A stretch of 60,956 nt of DNA, filler included. It is 8 parts of 8 records of this genome, joined end to end, with 100 filler letters (N's around TTAATTAATTAA, not from the genome) between each part and the next. Parts side by side here need not be neighbours in the genome. Positions count along the whole stretch, not along the records: positions 20,885 to 26,103 come from SRR31147125_45225; positions 26,204 to 36,212 come from SRR31147125_45268; 6 more parts are not named here. One strand, written 5' to 3'. A model generated the notes under the pieces. The model did not search any database and was not told the DNA's origin. It saw nothing but the letters and a program-made list of their open reading frames with translations. The translations under genes were made by a program, and so were the position numbers. This document shows, piece after piece, positions 22,683 to 32,296 of the stretch (the stretch's first letter is position 1; every line of letters begins with the position of its first letter).

Positions 22683-24572
22683 ATGTGCGCTATTTGTGGT
22701 ATTTATAATAAATCTACGGAAAGATATGTCGATCGATCCCGCATCGAAAACATGAAGAGCACCATGGTTCATCGTGGCCCTGATGATGAGGGAACATTTG
22801 TTGACGATCATGTCGGACTTGGGCATCGTCGATTGAGTATTATTGATTTGAATAGTGGCGTTCAGCCGTTATTCAATGAAGACGGTCATATTTCGATCGT
22901 ATTTAATGGCGAGATTTATAATTTTAAAGCACTTAAAGAACAACTAGTTTCTCTTGGACATGTATTTAAAACACAAACGGATACAGAATGTATTGTACAT
23001 GGTTATGAACAATGGGGAACAGATGTAGTAACCCATTTGCGGGGTATGTTTGCTTTTGCCATTTGGGATGCCAGAAAAAAACAACTTTTCCTGGCTCGGG
23101 ATCGTATAGGAATAAAACCACTGTATTATTATTGGGATGATCAAACTTTTTTATTTGCTTCAGAGATAAAGGCGATTATCCAGGATCCGGTGGTAAAAAA
23201 AGAAATTGATCCTCTGGCTCTGGATGATTATTTGACATACCTTTATATTCCGGCTCCTAAAACAATCTTTAAAAAGATTCGAAAGCTTAGACCTGGCCAT
23301 ACTTTGACGGTCACATCGCATGGACTGCAGGAAAGGGAGTATTGGGATATATCTTTCAAGGGTCAAAACGGCAAACCCGAAGATCAATTAGCCGATGAAT
23401 TATTGCAAAATCTGAAAGAATCTGTCGATATACGTTTAATAAGTGATGTCCCCCTCGGAGCTTTTCTATCAGGAGGAATCGATTCCAGTGCTGTTGTCGG
23501 CATAATGGCGGGCTTGATGAATTCACCGGTTGTTACTGCTTCGATTGGATTTCAGGAAGATGCTTTTGACGAATTGCCTTATGCCAGAATAATCGCAGAT
23601 AGATACAACACGATGGCTTATGAAAAGACCGTAAAAGCGAATGCTGTGAAAATAATCGATTCTCTGGCCTGGCATTTTGATGAGCCGTTTGCAGATTCAT
23701 CTATGATACCAACCTATTATGTCTCACAGGTAGCCCGGGAAAAAGTGACTGTCTGTTTGTCTGGTGATGGAGGCGATGAGAATTTTGTTGGTTACCGGCG
23801 GTATCGGTTTGATTATCTCGAGAATCAAATACGATCCATATTTCCTTCTGCAATACGACAATTATTATTCGGAACATTGGGACGATTTTATCCGAAAGCA
23901 GATTGGCTTCCACAAATATTTAGAGCAAAAACACTTTTTAATAATCTTTCACTTTCTCCTGAACGTGCTTATTTTCACACGATGAGCTGGTTCACGCCCA
24001 AAATGAAAAGTATTTTGTATCGTGATGCTCTGAAAAAAGCTTTACAGGATTATGACTCGTTCTCTGTGATGAATGAACATTTCAATAAAGTTAAAGATTT
24101 GGATCCACTATCGAGAATTCAATATGTAGATATGAAAACATATTTGGTTGATGATATTCTTACCAAAGTAGATCGGGCAAGCATGGCCCATTCTCTTGAA
24201 GTCAGGGTTCCCATTTTGGATCATGTTGTAATGGAATTTGCTGCTTCCATTCCCGCTAAATACAAATTGAAAAATGGGAATGGAAAATACATATTTAAAA
24301 AGGCACTTGAAGATATTGTTCCCAAAGAAACGATGACCAGACGCAAGATGGGTTTTTCTATTCCCCTGGCAGAATGGTTACGCAATGACCTTAAAAATGT
24401 ATTTGAGGACCGTGTTTTCTCACAAAACGCCTTCGTTCAGGAGCTGTTTCATGGAGATGTTGTTAAAAAATGGTGGAATCAACATCAAAAAAAATACCGG
24501 GATTATTCTACATATCTGTGGGCCATATTCATGCTGGAATGTTGGGGAAAACAGTTTATAAACGATAAATAG
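22683..24572 (+). CDS. asnB: Asparagine synthase (glutamine-hydrolysing)-like amidotransferase, EPS/PEP-CTERM-associated type
   Basis: N-terminal Cys2 (MCAICG), HRGPD, GHRRLSIID, FNGEIYN, LSGGIDSS, SGDGGDE and KVDRASMAHSLEVRVP; lies among glycosyltransferases. Confidence 0.88.
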   Translation: MCAICGIYNKSTERYVDRSRIENMKSTMVHRGPDDEGTFVDDHVGLGHRRLSIIDLNSGVQPLFNEDGHISIVFNGEIYNFKALKEQLVSLGHVFKTQTDTECIVHGYEQWGTDVVTHLRGMFAFAIWDARKKQLFLARDRIGIKPLYYYWDDQTFLFASEIKAIIQDPVVKKEIDPLALDDYLTYLYIPAPKTIFKKIRKLRPGHTLTVTSHGLQEREYWDISFKGQNGKPEDQLADELLQNLKESVDIRLISDVPLGAFLSGGIDSSAVVGIMAGLMNSPVVTASIGFQEDAFDELPYARIIADRYNTMAYEKTVKANAVKIIDSLAWHFDEPFADSSMIPTYYVSQVAREKVTVCLSGDGGDENFVGYRRYRFDYLENQIRSIFPSAIRQLLFGTLGRFYPKADWLPQIFRAKTLFNNLSLSPERAYFHTMSWFTPKMKSILYRDALKKALQDYDSFSVMNEHFNKVKDLDPLSRIQYVDMKTYLVDDILTKVDRASMAHSLEVRVPILDHVVMEFAASIPAKYKLKNGNGKYIFKKALEDIVPKETMTRRKMGFSIPLAEWLRNDLKNVFEDRVFSQNAFVQELFHGDVVKKWWNQHQKKYRDYSTYLWAIFMLECWGKQFINDK

Positions 24573-24682
24573 AGTGAATGTTCAGCCTCTACTTAAATTA
24601 TTCAATTTTGCCTTCTGTATATCTCTTTACAATCCTATTCAATTTGAACAATCATCCTGTATTGTAACCTGAATATAAAAAT

Positions 24683-25891
24683 ATGAAAAATAAGAAAAAG
24701 AATATAAATGTTCTTGTGTTTTCAACGTTATATCCGAATAACATCTGGCCTAATCATGGTGTCTTTGTCAAAGAGCGAATGACACATTTTGCTAAAATGG
24801 ACGGTTGTCGCATTAAAGTTGTAGCGCCAGTACCCTATTTCCCACGAATAAAGTTCAGTTTTCGTTATCTCTACTCAAAGGTATTAAAACATGAATTGGT
24901 AAACGGTGTAGATATTTATCATCCACGATATTTTATGATACCTAAAATCGGAATGCCTTCCTATGGTGTTTTTATGTTTTTATCTGTATTGCGACTCGTT
25001 AAAAAATTAAATAAAGAGTTTGATTTTGATATCATCGATGCTCATTATATTTATCCTGATGGATTTGCAGCGGTCTTATTGGGAATGTTCTTAAAGAGAC
25101 CTGTGGTTGTATCAGCAAGAGGAAGTGATATTCACCATTTTAGTAAATTGCCAACTATAAAAAGATTTCTAATATACACACTTGGTAAAGCCGCTCATGT
25201 TATTTCTGTAAGCAAAGCATTAAAAGATGAAATGATTAAACTGGGCATACCAGACAATAAAATAGCCGTAATTCCAAATGGTGTTGATGTGGAAAAGTTT
25301 TATCCTGTTCCAAAGAATGAAGCCAGGCGTAAATTGGGTTTGTCTAATGAAAAAATAATACTTTCTGTCGGGCGCCTGATTCCCTTGAAAGGATTTGATC
25401 TGTTAATTAAGGCCGTCCTTGAATCTGCAAACGATAAAGATAACAAGAAAAGTTTATACATAATTGGGGAAGGTGAATATCGGTCCGAGTTGGAAAAATT
25501 AATTTCAACATATGAACTTTCTAATAATGTCAAACTGATTGGAGAAATTCCTCATAAGGATTTATACCTCTGGTACAGTGCGTCTGATCTGTTTTGTCTT
25601 GCAAGTAGTCGTGAAGGCTGGCCAAATGTTTTACTTGAGGCTATGGCGTGTGGCGTGCCCGTTGTCGCAACAGATGTGTGGGGTATGCCCGAGATCATCC
25701 AGACAGAGGATATTGGATTATTAACCAGGCGCAATGTGGATTCAATAAAACAAAAAATATCCATCGCGTTAAATAAAGAATGGAATAATAAAGATATCAT
25801 AGAATACGCAAGAAACAGAGGCTGGAATCAAACGGCAACTTCTGTTTATGGAATATTTCATAACGTCTTAAACGGAAAAGTCAGTTTATGA
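24683..25891 (+). CDS. Glycosyltransferase family 4 (TuaC-like)
   Basis: DAHYIYPDG, ARGSD, VGRLIPLKG and SREGWPNVLLEAMACG. Confidence 0.9.
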   Translation: MKNKKKNINVLVFSTLYPNNIWPNHGVFVKERMTHFAKMDGCRIKVVAPVPYFPRIKFSFRYLYSKVLKHELVNGVDIYHPRYFMIPKIGMPSYGVFMFLSVLRLVKKLNKEFDFDIIDAHYIYPDGFAAVLLGMFLKRPVVVSARGSDIHHFSKLPTIKRFLIYTLGKAAHVISVSKALKDEMIKLGIPDNKIAVIPNGVDVEKFYPVPKNEARRKLGLSNEKIILSVGRLIPLKGFDLLIKAVLESANDKDNKKSLYIIGEGEYRSELEKLISTYELSNNVKLIGEIPHKDLYLWYSASDLFCLASSREGWPNVLLEAMACGVPVVATDVWGMPEIIQTEDIGLLTRRNVDSIKQKISIALNKEWNNKDIIEYARNRGWNQTATSVYGIFHNVLNGKVSL

Positions 25892-26103
25892 GAATACTAT
25901 ACCATCATCGGACTCAAATGGAGGATGCCCAGGGTATTCATATTTACGAAATGGTGAAAGCCTTTCGGGATCTTGGACATGATGTGGATATGGTATCTAT
26001 TATCGATAGGGATAAAAAAGACTCACAAGAGGCGCATGGCAAAAAGTGGTCAATAATCGCGGCTCTGGCACCTGCCTGGCTTTATGAGATTATGGGACTT
26101 TTT
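25888..26103 (+). CDS. Glycosyltransferase family 4, N-terminal fragment
   Basis: MRILYHHRT...GIHIYEMVKAFRDLGHDV; truncated by the contig end. Confidence 0.7.
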
Positions 26104-26203
26104 NNNNNNNNNNNNNNNNNNNNNNNNNNNNNNNNNNNNNNNNNNNNTTAATTAATTAANNNNNNNNNNNNNNNNNNNNNNNNNNNNNNNNNNNNNNNNN
26201 NNN
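26104..26203. other. Artificial contig linker
   Basis: N-run, TTAATTAATTAA, N-run. Confidence 0.98.
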
Positions 26204-26672
26204 GGGTGATCCCCCCGGCCATAGGCTGGGCCGCCGTTCCGGAAGGCCCGCCCGGATCCGGTGTTTCAGGCCTGGTCATTCTCATGGCCTGTTTGGGCTG
26301 CTGGCAGCTCCCCCATTTCTGGCTGGTGGAGATGGCCCGGGGGACGAAAGGTCCGGAACCCGGGACCGCCTGTTTTACCAGAATCTGGCCGGACATGGCC
26401 TGCCAGATTATGATCTGGGCCGGGCTGTTCAGCCTGGGAATAGTGCTGTTTTTAATCCGGGGATGGGTGTCCAATGGCCTGCTGGCCGGCCTGGTTTTCA
26501 TCCTGGCCCTGGGCCTGCCCCCGCAGTGGCACTCTGCCTGCTGGGGTCAACGCCCCGGGATTTCAGGCCCAGGCCAGAGCGTATCCCGTCCACTTCCCTA
26601 AGGCTCTGCTTCAGGGGCATGAACCTGTCCATGCTTGTATTCCTGGTCCTGGTCATCCTGGACCGGATATAG
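26204..26672 (+). CDS. 3' part of UbiA-family prenyltransferase (protoheme IX farnesyltransferase-like), frameshifted
   Basis: IPPAIGWAA and WQLPHFWL are CyoE/CtaB-like motifs. The hydrophobic C-terminus (FRGMNLSMLVFLVLVILDRI) lies in another frame. Confidence 0.6.
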
Positions 26673-26748
26673 AGGTGGCCTAAAGTTATTTACTAACAAC
26701 CCGGCATCGACAGGGTGAAGGAACGCCGTGTTGTCCCAATAACCATAT

Positions 26749-26838
26749 GCCGTTATCCAGACCTGAGCCCCGGTAATTCATTATGATACGTTACCGTTAG
26801 TAAATGGAACGTCATCGTTAACGCCCTTCTTTGAATAT
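26749..26838 (+). promoter_or_regulatory. Copy 1 of duplicated promoter with tandem 17-bp direct repeats (candidate AraC-family binding site)
   Basis: ATGATACGTTACCGTTA-gtaa-ATGGAACGTCATCGTTA (26783-26820); near-identical to 28840-28921. Confidence 0.7.
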
Positions 26839-26881
26839 CCATTATATTTATCCCTCAATTCACCAATATAAGGAATGTAAT

Positions 26882-27682
26882 ATGGACACCATGGCTGTAA
26901 GCTGGAACAATGCGGCAAAAGAGTATGCAACAAAAGTGGAAAACCTGAGCGCCCCCTATGTGGAACAGGCTATCGGCATGTTTCCTTCAGATCTTCCCAA
27001 AGGACCGATATGCGTTGCCGGTGTCGGACCGGGACGGGAGCTTGGGACACTGACAGAAAAGTTTCCTGACCGGGAAATTGCAGCCTCCGATATTGCCCGG
27101 GAAATGCTCACCATTGCGGCCCGGCAAAAAGAAAAGCTGCCGAATCCACACCTTGTGACATTAGAGGAGTGCAATCTTTTTGATATACCGGAGAATTCAG
27201 CAGCACTTGCAACATCTTTTTTTCTCACCCATGTCATGCCGGACCCGAAGGAAGCTGCAATACACCAGCTAAATACGGTAAAAAGAGGAGGTATTCTCGG
27301 ACTTCTCTATTTCCCACCGGAACAAGAGAAAAGAGGTCCGCTTTTTGCCTTGAGAAATGCAGTTTCCTCAACCCTCAATATACCGGCTGTTATCTGGGAA
27401 GAGGAACTTATCCAAAAATGGAAGAATGACCCGGCTCTTACTCTGCAGGTGGTCACTTTTACAGAAACCTGGCAGTTCCATCGGCCAGAAGAGTTTAGGG
27501 GAATAATGGAGGTCCTCCCACAAATGGATCAACTTAAAAAGAAAATTTCTGAAGATCAATATGAAAAAATTTGGCGCCTCTGGCAGCAGGATACAGGAAT
27601 GATCACATGTGAACAGGGTGTCAGCGGTTTGGTAGCTGCACGATTCATCCTGGTTCGGAAAAAAGGGGCAGTTACAGGTTGA
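26882..27682 (+). CDS. Class I SAM-dependent methyltransferase
   Basis: Motif I-like VAGVGPGRE, ASDIAREML and VKRGG. ATG at 26882 has an AAGGA RBS; the ORF-track TTG start at 26831 lies in the promoter. Confidence 0.75.
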   Translation: MDTMAVSWNNAAKEYATKVENLSAPYVEQAIGMFPSDLPKGPICVAGVGPGRELGTLTEKFPDREIAASDIAREMLTIAARQKEKLPNPHLVTLEECNLFDIPENSAALATSFFLTHVMPDPKEAAIHQLNTVKRGGILGLLYFPPEQEKRGPLFALRNAVSSTLNIPAVIWEEELIQKWKNDPALTLQVVTFTETWQFHRPEEFRGIMEVLPQMDQLKKKISEDQYEKIWRLWQQDTGMITCEQGVSGLVAARFILVRKKGAVTG

Positions 27683-27874
27683 TCAACTTTCCGGATCGAT
27701 TCTTATGTCCTGTAATGGAAAGGCTGACCGGCAGTTTCCATATATTGACACTGTGATGTATAAAATGTTATGAACGCCAAAAACAGTTAGTATATATGGG
27801 TCAAGTGAGAACGGTTTATTCTACCAAGGAGACCCTCAATAATAGACAAAAGGTCAATTGGCTGAAAAAACATA

Positions 27875-28857
27875 ATGGAAAAAATTTCACTGACGCCTCA
27901 AACCCTGAAGGATTCTGCCGGTAACAATCAAAGCCCCCTTTTTCATTCTCTGGGAAAGGGGCATATCCAATGGGTTTGTCTCAAATCCGGAATAAAACTG
28001 CTCTTCATGGATTATACCCCGCGACGGCCCATCACCTTGGCGTGGACACCCCCTCTGACCCCCTTGGATTTGGATTCTGTCTATCGGGCCGCATCCGCGG
28101 ACGACTGGCCGGGGAAAAAGAGTGCAAAAGCGCCAGGCCGGGGAAAGCCGCCTTTAAATTGCAGCCGAATATGGCCAGCGCAAATTATTTTCCGAATATC
28201 TCCGGCGTCACCGAAACATACGGTACGGAACGGATCATACGTGTTGCTTTTTTTATGGATCTGGAGCAGTTTTTTTCCTTTACCGGTGAGCAGATGAATC
28301 ACCTGGCGGTCCAGCTTGAACATCGGCCAAACGGAATGTTCCGCTCCCAGGACCGGGTAACAAGGGCCATGTGCGCCACGGTCTTTCAGATTCTAAATTG
28401 TCCGTATCAGGGCACGGCCCGAAGCTTTTTTTAGAAAGCAAGGTTCTGGAACTGGTGGCGCATAAAATCGCACAAATCGAAGCCGTTTACAGTCGGAAAT
28501 CAAATGGCGCCCGCCTGCCTTCCTCGGATGTGGAGCGGGTACAGGAAGCCGCCCGTTTATTGACCTGTGATCTTGAAAATACACCGGACATGAACACCCT
28601 TGCCCAGTCTGTCGGGCTAAGCCGAACCTCTCTGTACCGTCAATTTCAAAAGGTTCACGGGTCCCCCCTTTGAATACCTGCGCAACCACAGACTGAAAAC
28701 AGCAATGCAATTGCTGCAGGCCAGAGAGGCCAATGTCTCCGAAGCCGCGTTCCTCGTCGGTTATTCGAATATGAGCCATTTTACCAAAGCCTTTAAATTG
28801 ATGTTCGGCATACTGCCCAGCGAGCTTCTTAATCATTCCGCCGTTATCCGGACCTGA
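27875..28857 (+). CDS. AraC-family transcriptional regulator (PchR/YbtA-like), three frameshifts
   Basis: Pieces join as ...LGFGFCLSG...QILNCPYQGTAR|KLFLESKVLEL...LAQSVGLSRTSLYRQFQKVHG|FEYLRNHRL...NVSEAAFLVGYSNMSHFTKAFKLMFGILPSELLNHSAVIRT*. Confidence 0.85.
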
Positions 28858-28921
28858 GCCTCATTATGATACGTTGCCGTTAGTAAATGGAACGTCGCCG
28901 TTAACGCCCTTCTTTGAATAT
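28840..28921 (+). promoter_or_regulatory. Copy 2 of duplicated promoter with tandem 17-bp direct repeats
   Basis: ATGATACGTTGCCGTTA-gtaa-ATGGAACGTCGCCGTTA (28866-28903), followed by a TATACT -10-like hexamer. Confidence 0.7.
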
Positions 28922-28981
28922 AGACTATACTTGCCCCTATTTTTAACATCTTAATGTTAACGCTATGAAAAGGAGTAAAAG

Positions 28982-31159
28982 ATGAAATATAGATCGATGA
29001 TCCATATATTATGGATGGCAGGCCTTCTGGCTGGCTCAGCGTGGGCTGACGTCACCGGGGAAAAGACCCAGGAGTCCATTGGCCTGGGGACGATGACCGT
29101 TACTGCGAACAAAATGACCGAAACCCTGAAGGATGTGCCAAAGAGCATCACCGTAATGGATGACCTCATGCTTGAGGAACGGGGGATCACTGATGTAAAG
29201 GAGGTGATCCGCCAGGTCCCGAATATGTATACGGTCGAGGGTATTTCCAAAACCGAATCAAACGTCCGCGGACTCAATATTTCGGTCCACTCTTTCAGCA
29301 ACCCCATCGTTCTCTATATGGATGGTATCCCGGTCATCAATCGCTATGGTTACGATATTCCCCTGGTGGATATTGAACGGGTCGAGGTCTTACGCGGTCC
29401 CCAGGGCACGCTTTACGGCAAGGATGCCATCGGCGGTGTTATCAACGTTATTTCCAAAACACCGGGCGACACCTGGGAGGGGAGTATTGGCGGCAAGATC
29501 GGTAATTATGATGCCTATGGCCTGAATTTCACAGCCAATGGGCCGGTTGTTTCAGACCTGTTCTATGCAGGTATCTGGGGATCCATAGATGGTGATGATG
29601 GCTGGATCGACAATGGGCATCCGGGAGTTGACGAATCCGGAAATGATGAAGAACAAAAACGATTGGGAGTCAATCTGCTGCTGACACCCACGGCGAATTT
29701 CAGTGCCAGGCTTCACCTGACGCACGATGAAGATAAGATAGGCTTCGCCAATGGCGGTATGATCCCAGGACCTTATAATCCTGTGACCCGGTTCTGGGAT
29801 GCGCCCGCTTCATCGGATTTTAACAATGCCGGCAGATCAGATTTCGAAGATGCCCATTACGATGAGGACACCTATCACGACACCACCATTGATTCACAGG
29901 GACTCAGCCTTGAATACATTACCGGCATCGGAACCTTCAAATCCATTACCACCCACCGTACCACCGATGTAGACAGCCGCCTGGATGTCGACTATGCCTA
30001 TACCGATCCCGCAGTTGATCCCTTCCGCAGCATGGTTTTTAACAACCAGGCATATGTTGATATTTCTGAGGGCGAAATGACCTCCCAGGAACTGCGCTGG
30101 ACCCACGGGTCGGCGTCGGGAACCCGTTGGGTGGCCGGCCTCTATTTTGAGAAGGAGGAGATCGATGTTGACAACTTCGCCATTCAATTTTTCAATACGG
30201 ATTTCCGCTATGTATCCAACAACGGCAGCGAATCCCAGGCCGTGTTCGGGCATCTTGTCCAGCCTTTCCTTGGCAATTTCGAGCTGACCCTGGGCGGACG
30301 TTACCAGAACGTCAAGAAGGATATCGATCAGAGTTATTTTGAAACGCCCATTGTGAATGGCAACATCACTTTGGGACAGCCGAAGTCTGAGCTGACAGCC
30401 GACGACAGCTGGAGCGCATTTCTGCCAAAGGCTGCGGTGAATTACCGGATCAACGATGCCTGGACCACCTATGTCAGTGCCGCCATGGGGTATATGCCCG
30501 GCGGTTTCAACTATGTGACTTCCAGTCCCAACCCGGAAGATGCCAGATTCGAACCCCAGGAATCGTGGAGCTATGAGCTGGGCACTAAAGCCAGCCTTTT
30601 TGATGATCGCCTGTTTCTGTCTGCTGCCGCGTTTTACATGGATATCCAGGACATTCATGTCTTTAGCATTGAAAAGAGTGTGGCCGTCACATCCAATGCA
30701 GCCGAAGCCACCTCTTATGGTATTGAGGTCGAGGCAAACTACCGGATCAATGATCGCTGGAAAGCCAATGCTGCCTTTGGCGTAATCAATGCAGAATATG
30801 ATGCGTACACGGATAAAAAGGGAAATGTCAACGACGGCAATAAGATCCAGAGAACCCCTTCCCATTCCATCAATTTTGGTGTGCAATACACCGATCCAAC
30901 GGGATTTTACGGACGGGTCGACCTGTTCAACTACGGCAAGGTTTACTTTGATGCCGCCAATACACTTGAAGAGGATGGGTACACCATCATGAATCTCAAG
31001 GCAGGCTATCTAACTGAAAATTGGGAAATCTATGCCTATACCCACAATGTCACGGATACCGATTATAAAACATTTGGCCAGGCCGGCGCTCCCGCAGGCA
31101 CCCTGATCGAATTCGGAGACCCCCGTGAATTCGGCGTGGGGGTAAAATACCGGTTTTAA
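28982..31159 (+). CDS. TonB-dependent outer-membrane receptor (FyuA-like)
   Basis: Signal peptide, TMTVTANK TonB-box region, DIERVEVLRGPQGTLYGKDAIGGVINVI plug motif and terminal YRF; AAGGAG RBS. Confidence 0.93.
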   Translation: MKYRSMIHILWMAGLLAGSAWADVTGEKTQESIGLGTMTVTANKMTETLKDVPKSITVMDDLMLEERGITDVKEVIRQVPNMYTVEGISKTESNVRGLNISVHSFSNPIVLYMDGIPVINRYGYDIPLVDIERVEVLRGPQGTLYGKDAIGGVINVISKTPGDTWEGSIGGKIGNYDAYGLNFTANGPVVSDLFYAGIWGSIDGDDGWIDNGHPGVDESGNDEEQKRLGVNLLLTPTANFSARLHLTHDEDKIGFANGGMIPGPYNPVTRFWDAPASSDFNNAGRSDFEDAHYDEDTYHDTTIDSQGLSLEYITGIGTFKSITTHRTTDVDSRLDVDYAYTDPAVDPFRSMVFNNQAYVDISEGEMTSQELRWTHGSASGTRWVAGLYFEKEEIDVDNFAIQFFNTDFRYVSNNGSESQAVFGHLVQPFLGNFELTLGGRYQNVKKDIDQSYFETPIVNGNITLGQPKSELTADDSWSAFLPKAAVNYRINDAWTTYVSAAMGYMPGGFNYVTSSPNPEDARFEPQESWSYELGTKASLFDDRLFLSAAAFYMDIQDIHVFSIEKSVAVTSNAAEATSYGIEVEANYRINDRWKANAAFGVINAEYDAYTDKKGNVNDGNKIQRTPSHSINFGVQYTDPTGFYGRVDLFNYGKVYFDAANTLEEDGYTIMNLKAGYLTENWEIYAYTHNVTDTDYKTFGQAGAPAGTLIEFGDPREFGVGVKYRF

Positions 31160-31630
31160 TTGGTTTTTTCATGCGCACCCGCAGAGTGGAGGGGTTGACA
31201 TCCAGAAGTTGTGCAGCCCCGCCGGGCCTCCACTCTGCCGCCTGTCATGTCAATCACCTGCCTGATATGAGAGGTGATCACCTGGTCAAGGGGCAGGATG
31301 GGCGCTTCCCCCGGTTTGTCCTCTGTCCTAAATTGCGGTTGTCCTGGGTTTGGGTCGCCGGCCGTCTCCATGGGTTCAATGGAAAGCGGGCCTTTTTTGT
31401 GGAGGATCAGGGCCCGTTCCACCAGGTTTTCCAATTCCCTTACGTTTCCGGGCCAGGATAGCGCCTGAGCCGTTCGAGGGCTGCGTCCGTAATGTCCGGG
31501 ATGGGGAACTTATTCATGGCAAATGATTTGGTCTCCACAAAATAACGGACCAGGGCTTCAAGGTTGCGGTTGGTTGCGGTAATCAAGCGGGTGTAAGACT
31601 GCCGCCCACCCGGTGTTGATTCTTATGCTT
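31156..31630 (-). pseudogene. Decayed sigma54-dependent (NtrC/Fis-type) activator fragment
   Basis: Recognisable pieces RVGGS, ITATNRNLE, PGNVRELENLVERALI and a Fis-HTH tail, with frameshifts, an internal deletion and no N-terminus. Confidence 0.75.
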
Positions 31631-31633
31631 TAG

Positions 31634-32170
31634 CCAGTAACCATTCGTAATGGAACCTATCCCAGAAACGATCCACAAAGTGATAAGGAAATCAGAGTCC
31701 GGCGCTATTTGTACAAATCCCCGGATTGCACATGGATAAGCCTTTCGGTCTTGCCTGCGCCGATTTTGTCTGTAATTCGCCATGTGTATAAGACCCAGTT
31801 TGACCATCATATCATGTTCGAAAGTGGCATGAACCAGGCAAGCATCGCCAGGAGACTTGATTTTAAACGGAGGTGGTAAAGCGGCCTGAAACCGTCTGCC
31901 GTAAATTTATACTGTGGTTTGACCGAGAGAAAACAATTAAAGATTGGGGATCGGATCCGCTAAGATACTTGCCGGATTTTTTTTCAATATTTTTCCCTGG
32001 AAAGTGGTTGGAAAAGCCATCAATACAACACATACATGTTATATTAACAAAGGGTTATGCTGCAATGGCCTCAGTTTGATCCCAATTAAAGGAGGTGGCC
32101 ATGTCAACGCCTGATTTGGCTGAGCTTGCTGTATTGAGATACGGCATTATCAGCAGCCTTCCCCATCGAA
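31634..32170 (+). mobile_element. Probable IS relic: DUF6431-like gene fragment followed by the first codons of a DDE transposase
   Basis: Start-less frame IRNGTYPR...IRVRRYLYKSPDC..SLSVLPAPIL (31634-31879) continues by frameshift to 32079. An AAGGAGG RBS then precedes MSTPDLAELAVLRYGIISSL, which resembles the ALFRYxxI N-termini of IS481-like transposases. Confidence 0.4.
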
Positions 32171-32296
32171 ATGAGTGTACTATGAATACAAAAGCTCTCT
32201 CTATAGCTTTGTGTACCCCCAAAGAACTGGAAAAAGAAGTAAACGCCTTTAATGACAAACCGCTCGGGGATACATAATAGACATAGGGCCCACTTT

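Noticed and set aside
27875-28857. AraC as a true pseudogene or programmed frameshift
   Set aside because: The breaks are single-base indels in or next to short runs, the domains are otherwise intact, and the same error type occurs in unrelated contigs. It cannot be fully excluded without reads.
29894-30886. 330-aa antisense ORF inside the TonB receptor gene
   Set aside because: Shadow ORF of a GC-biased coding strand with no motifs. The same applies to the other nested antisense ORFs in the track.
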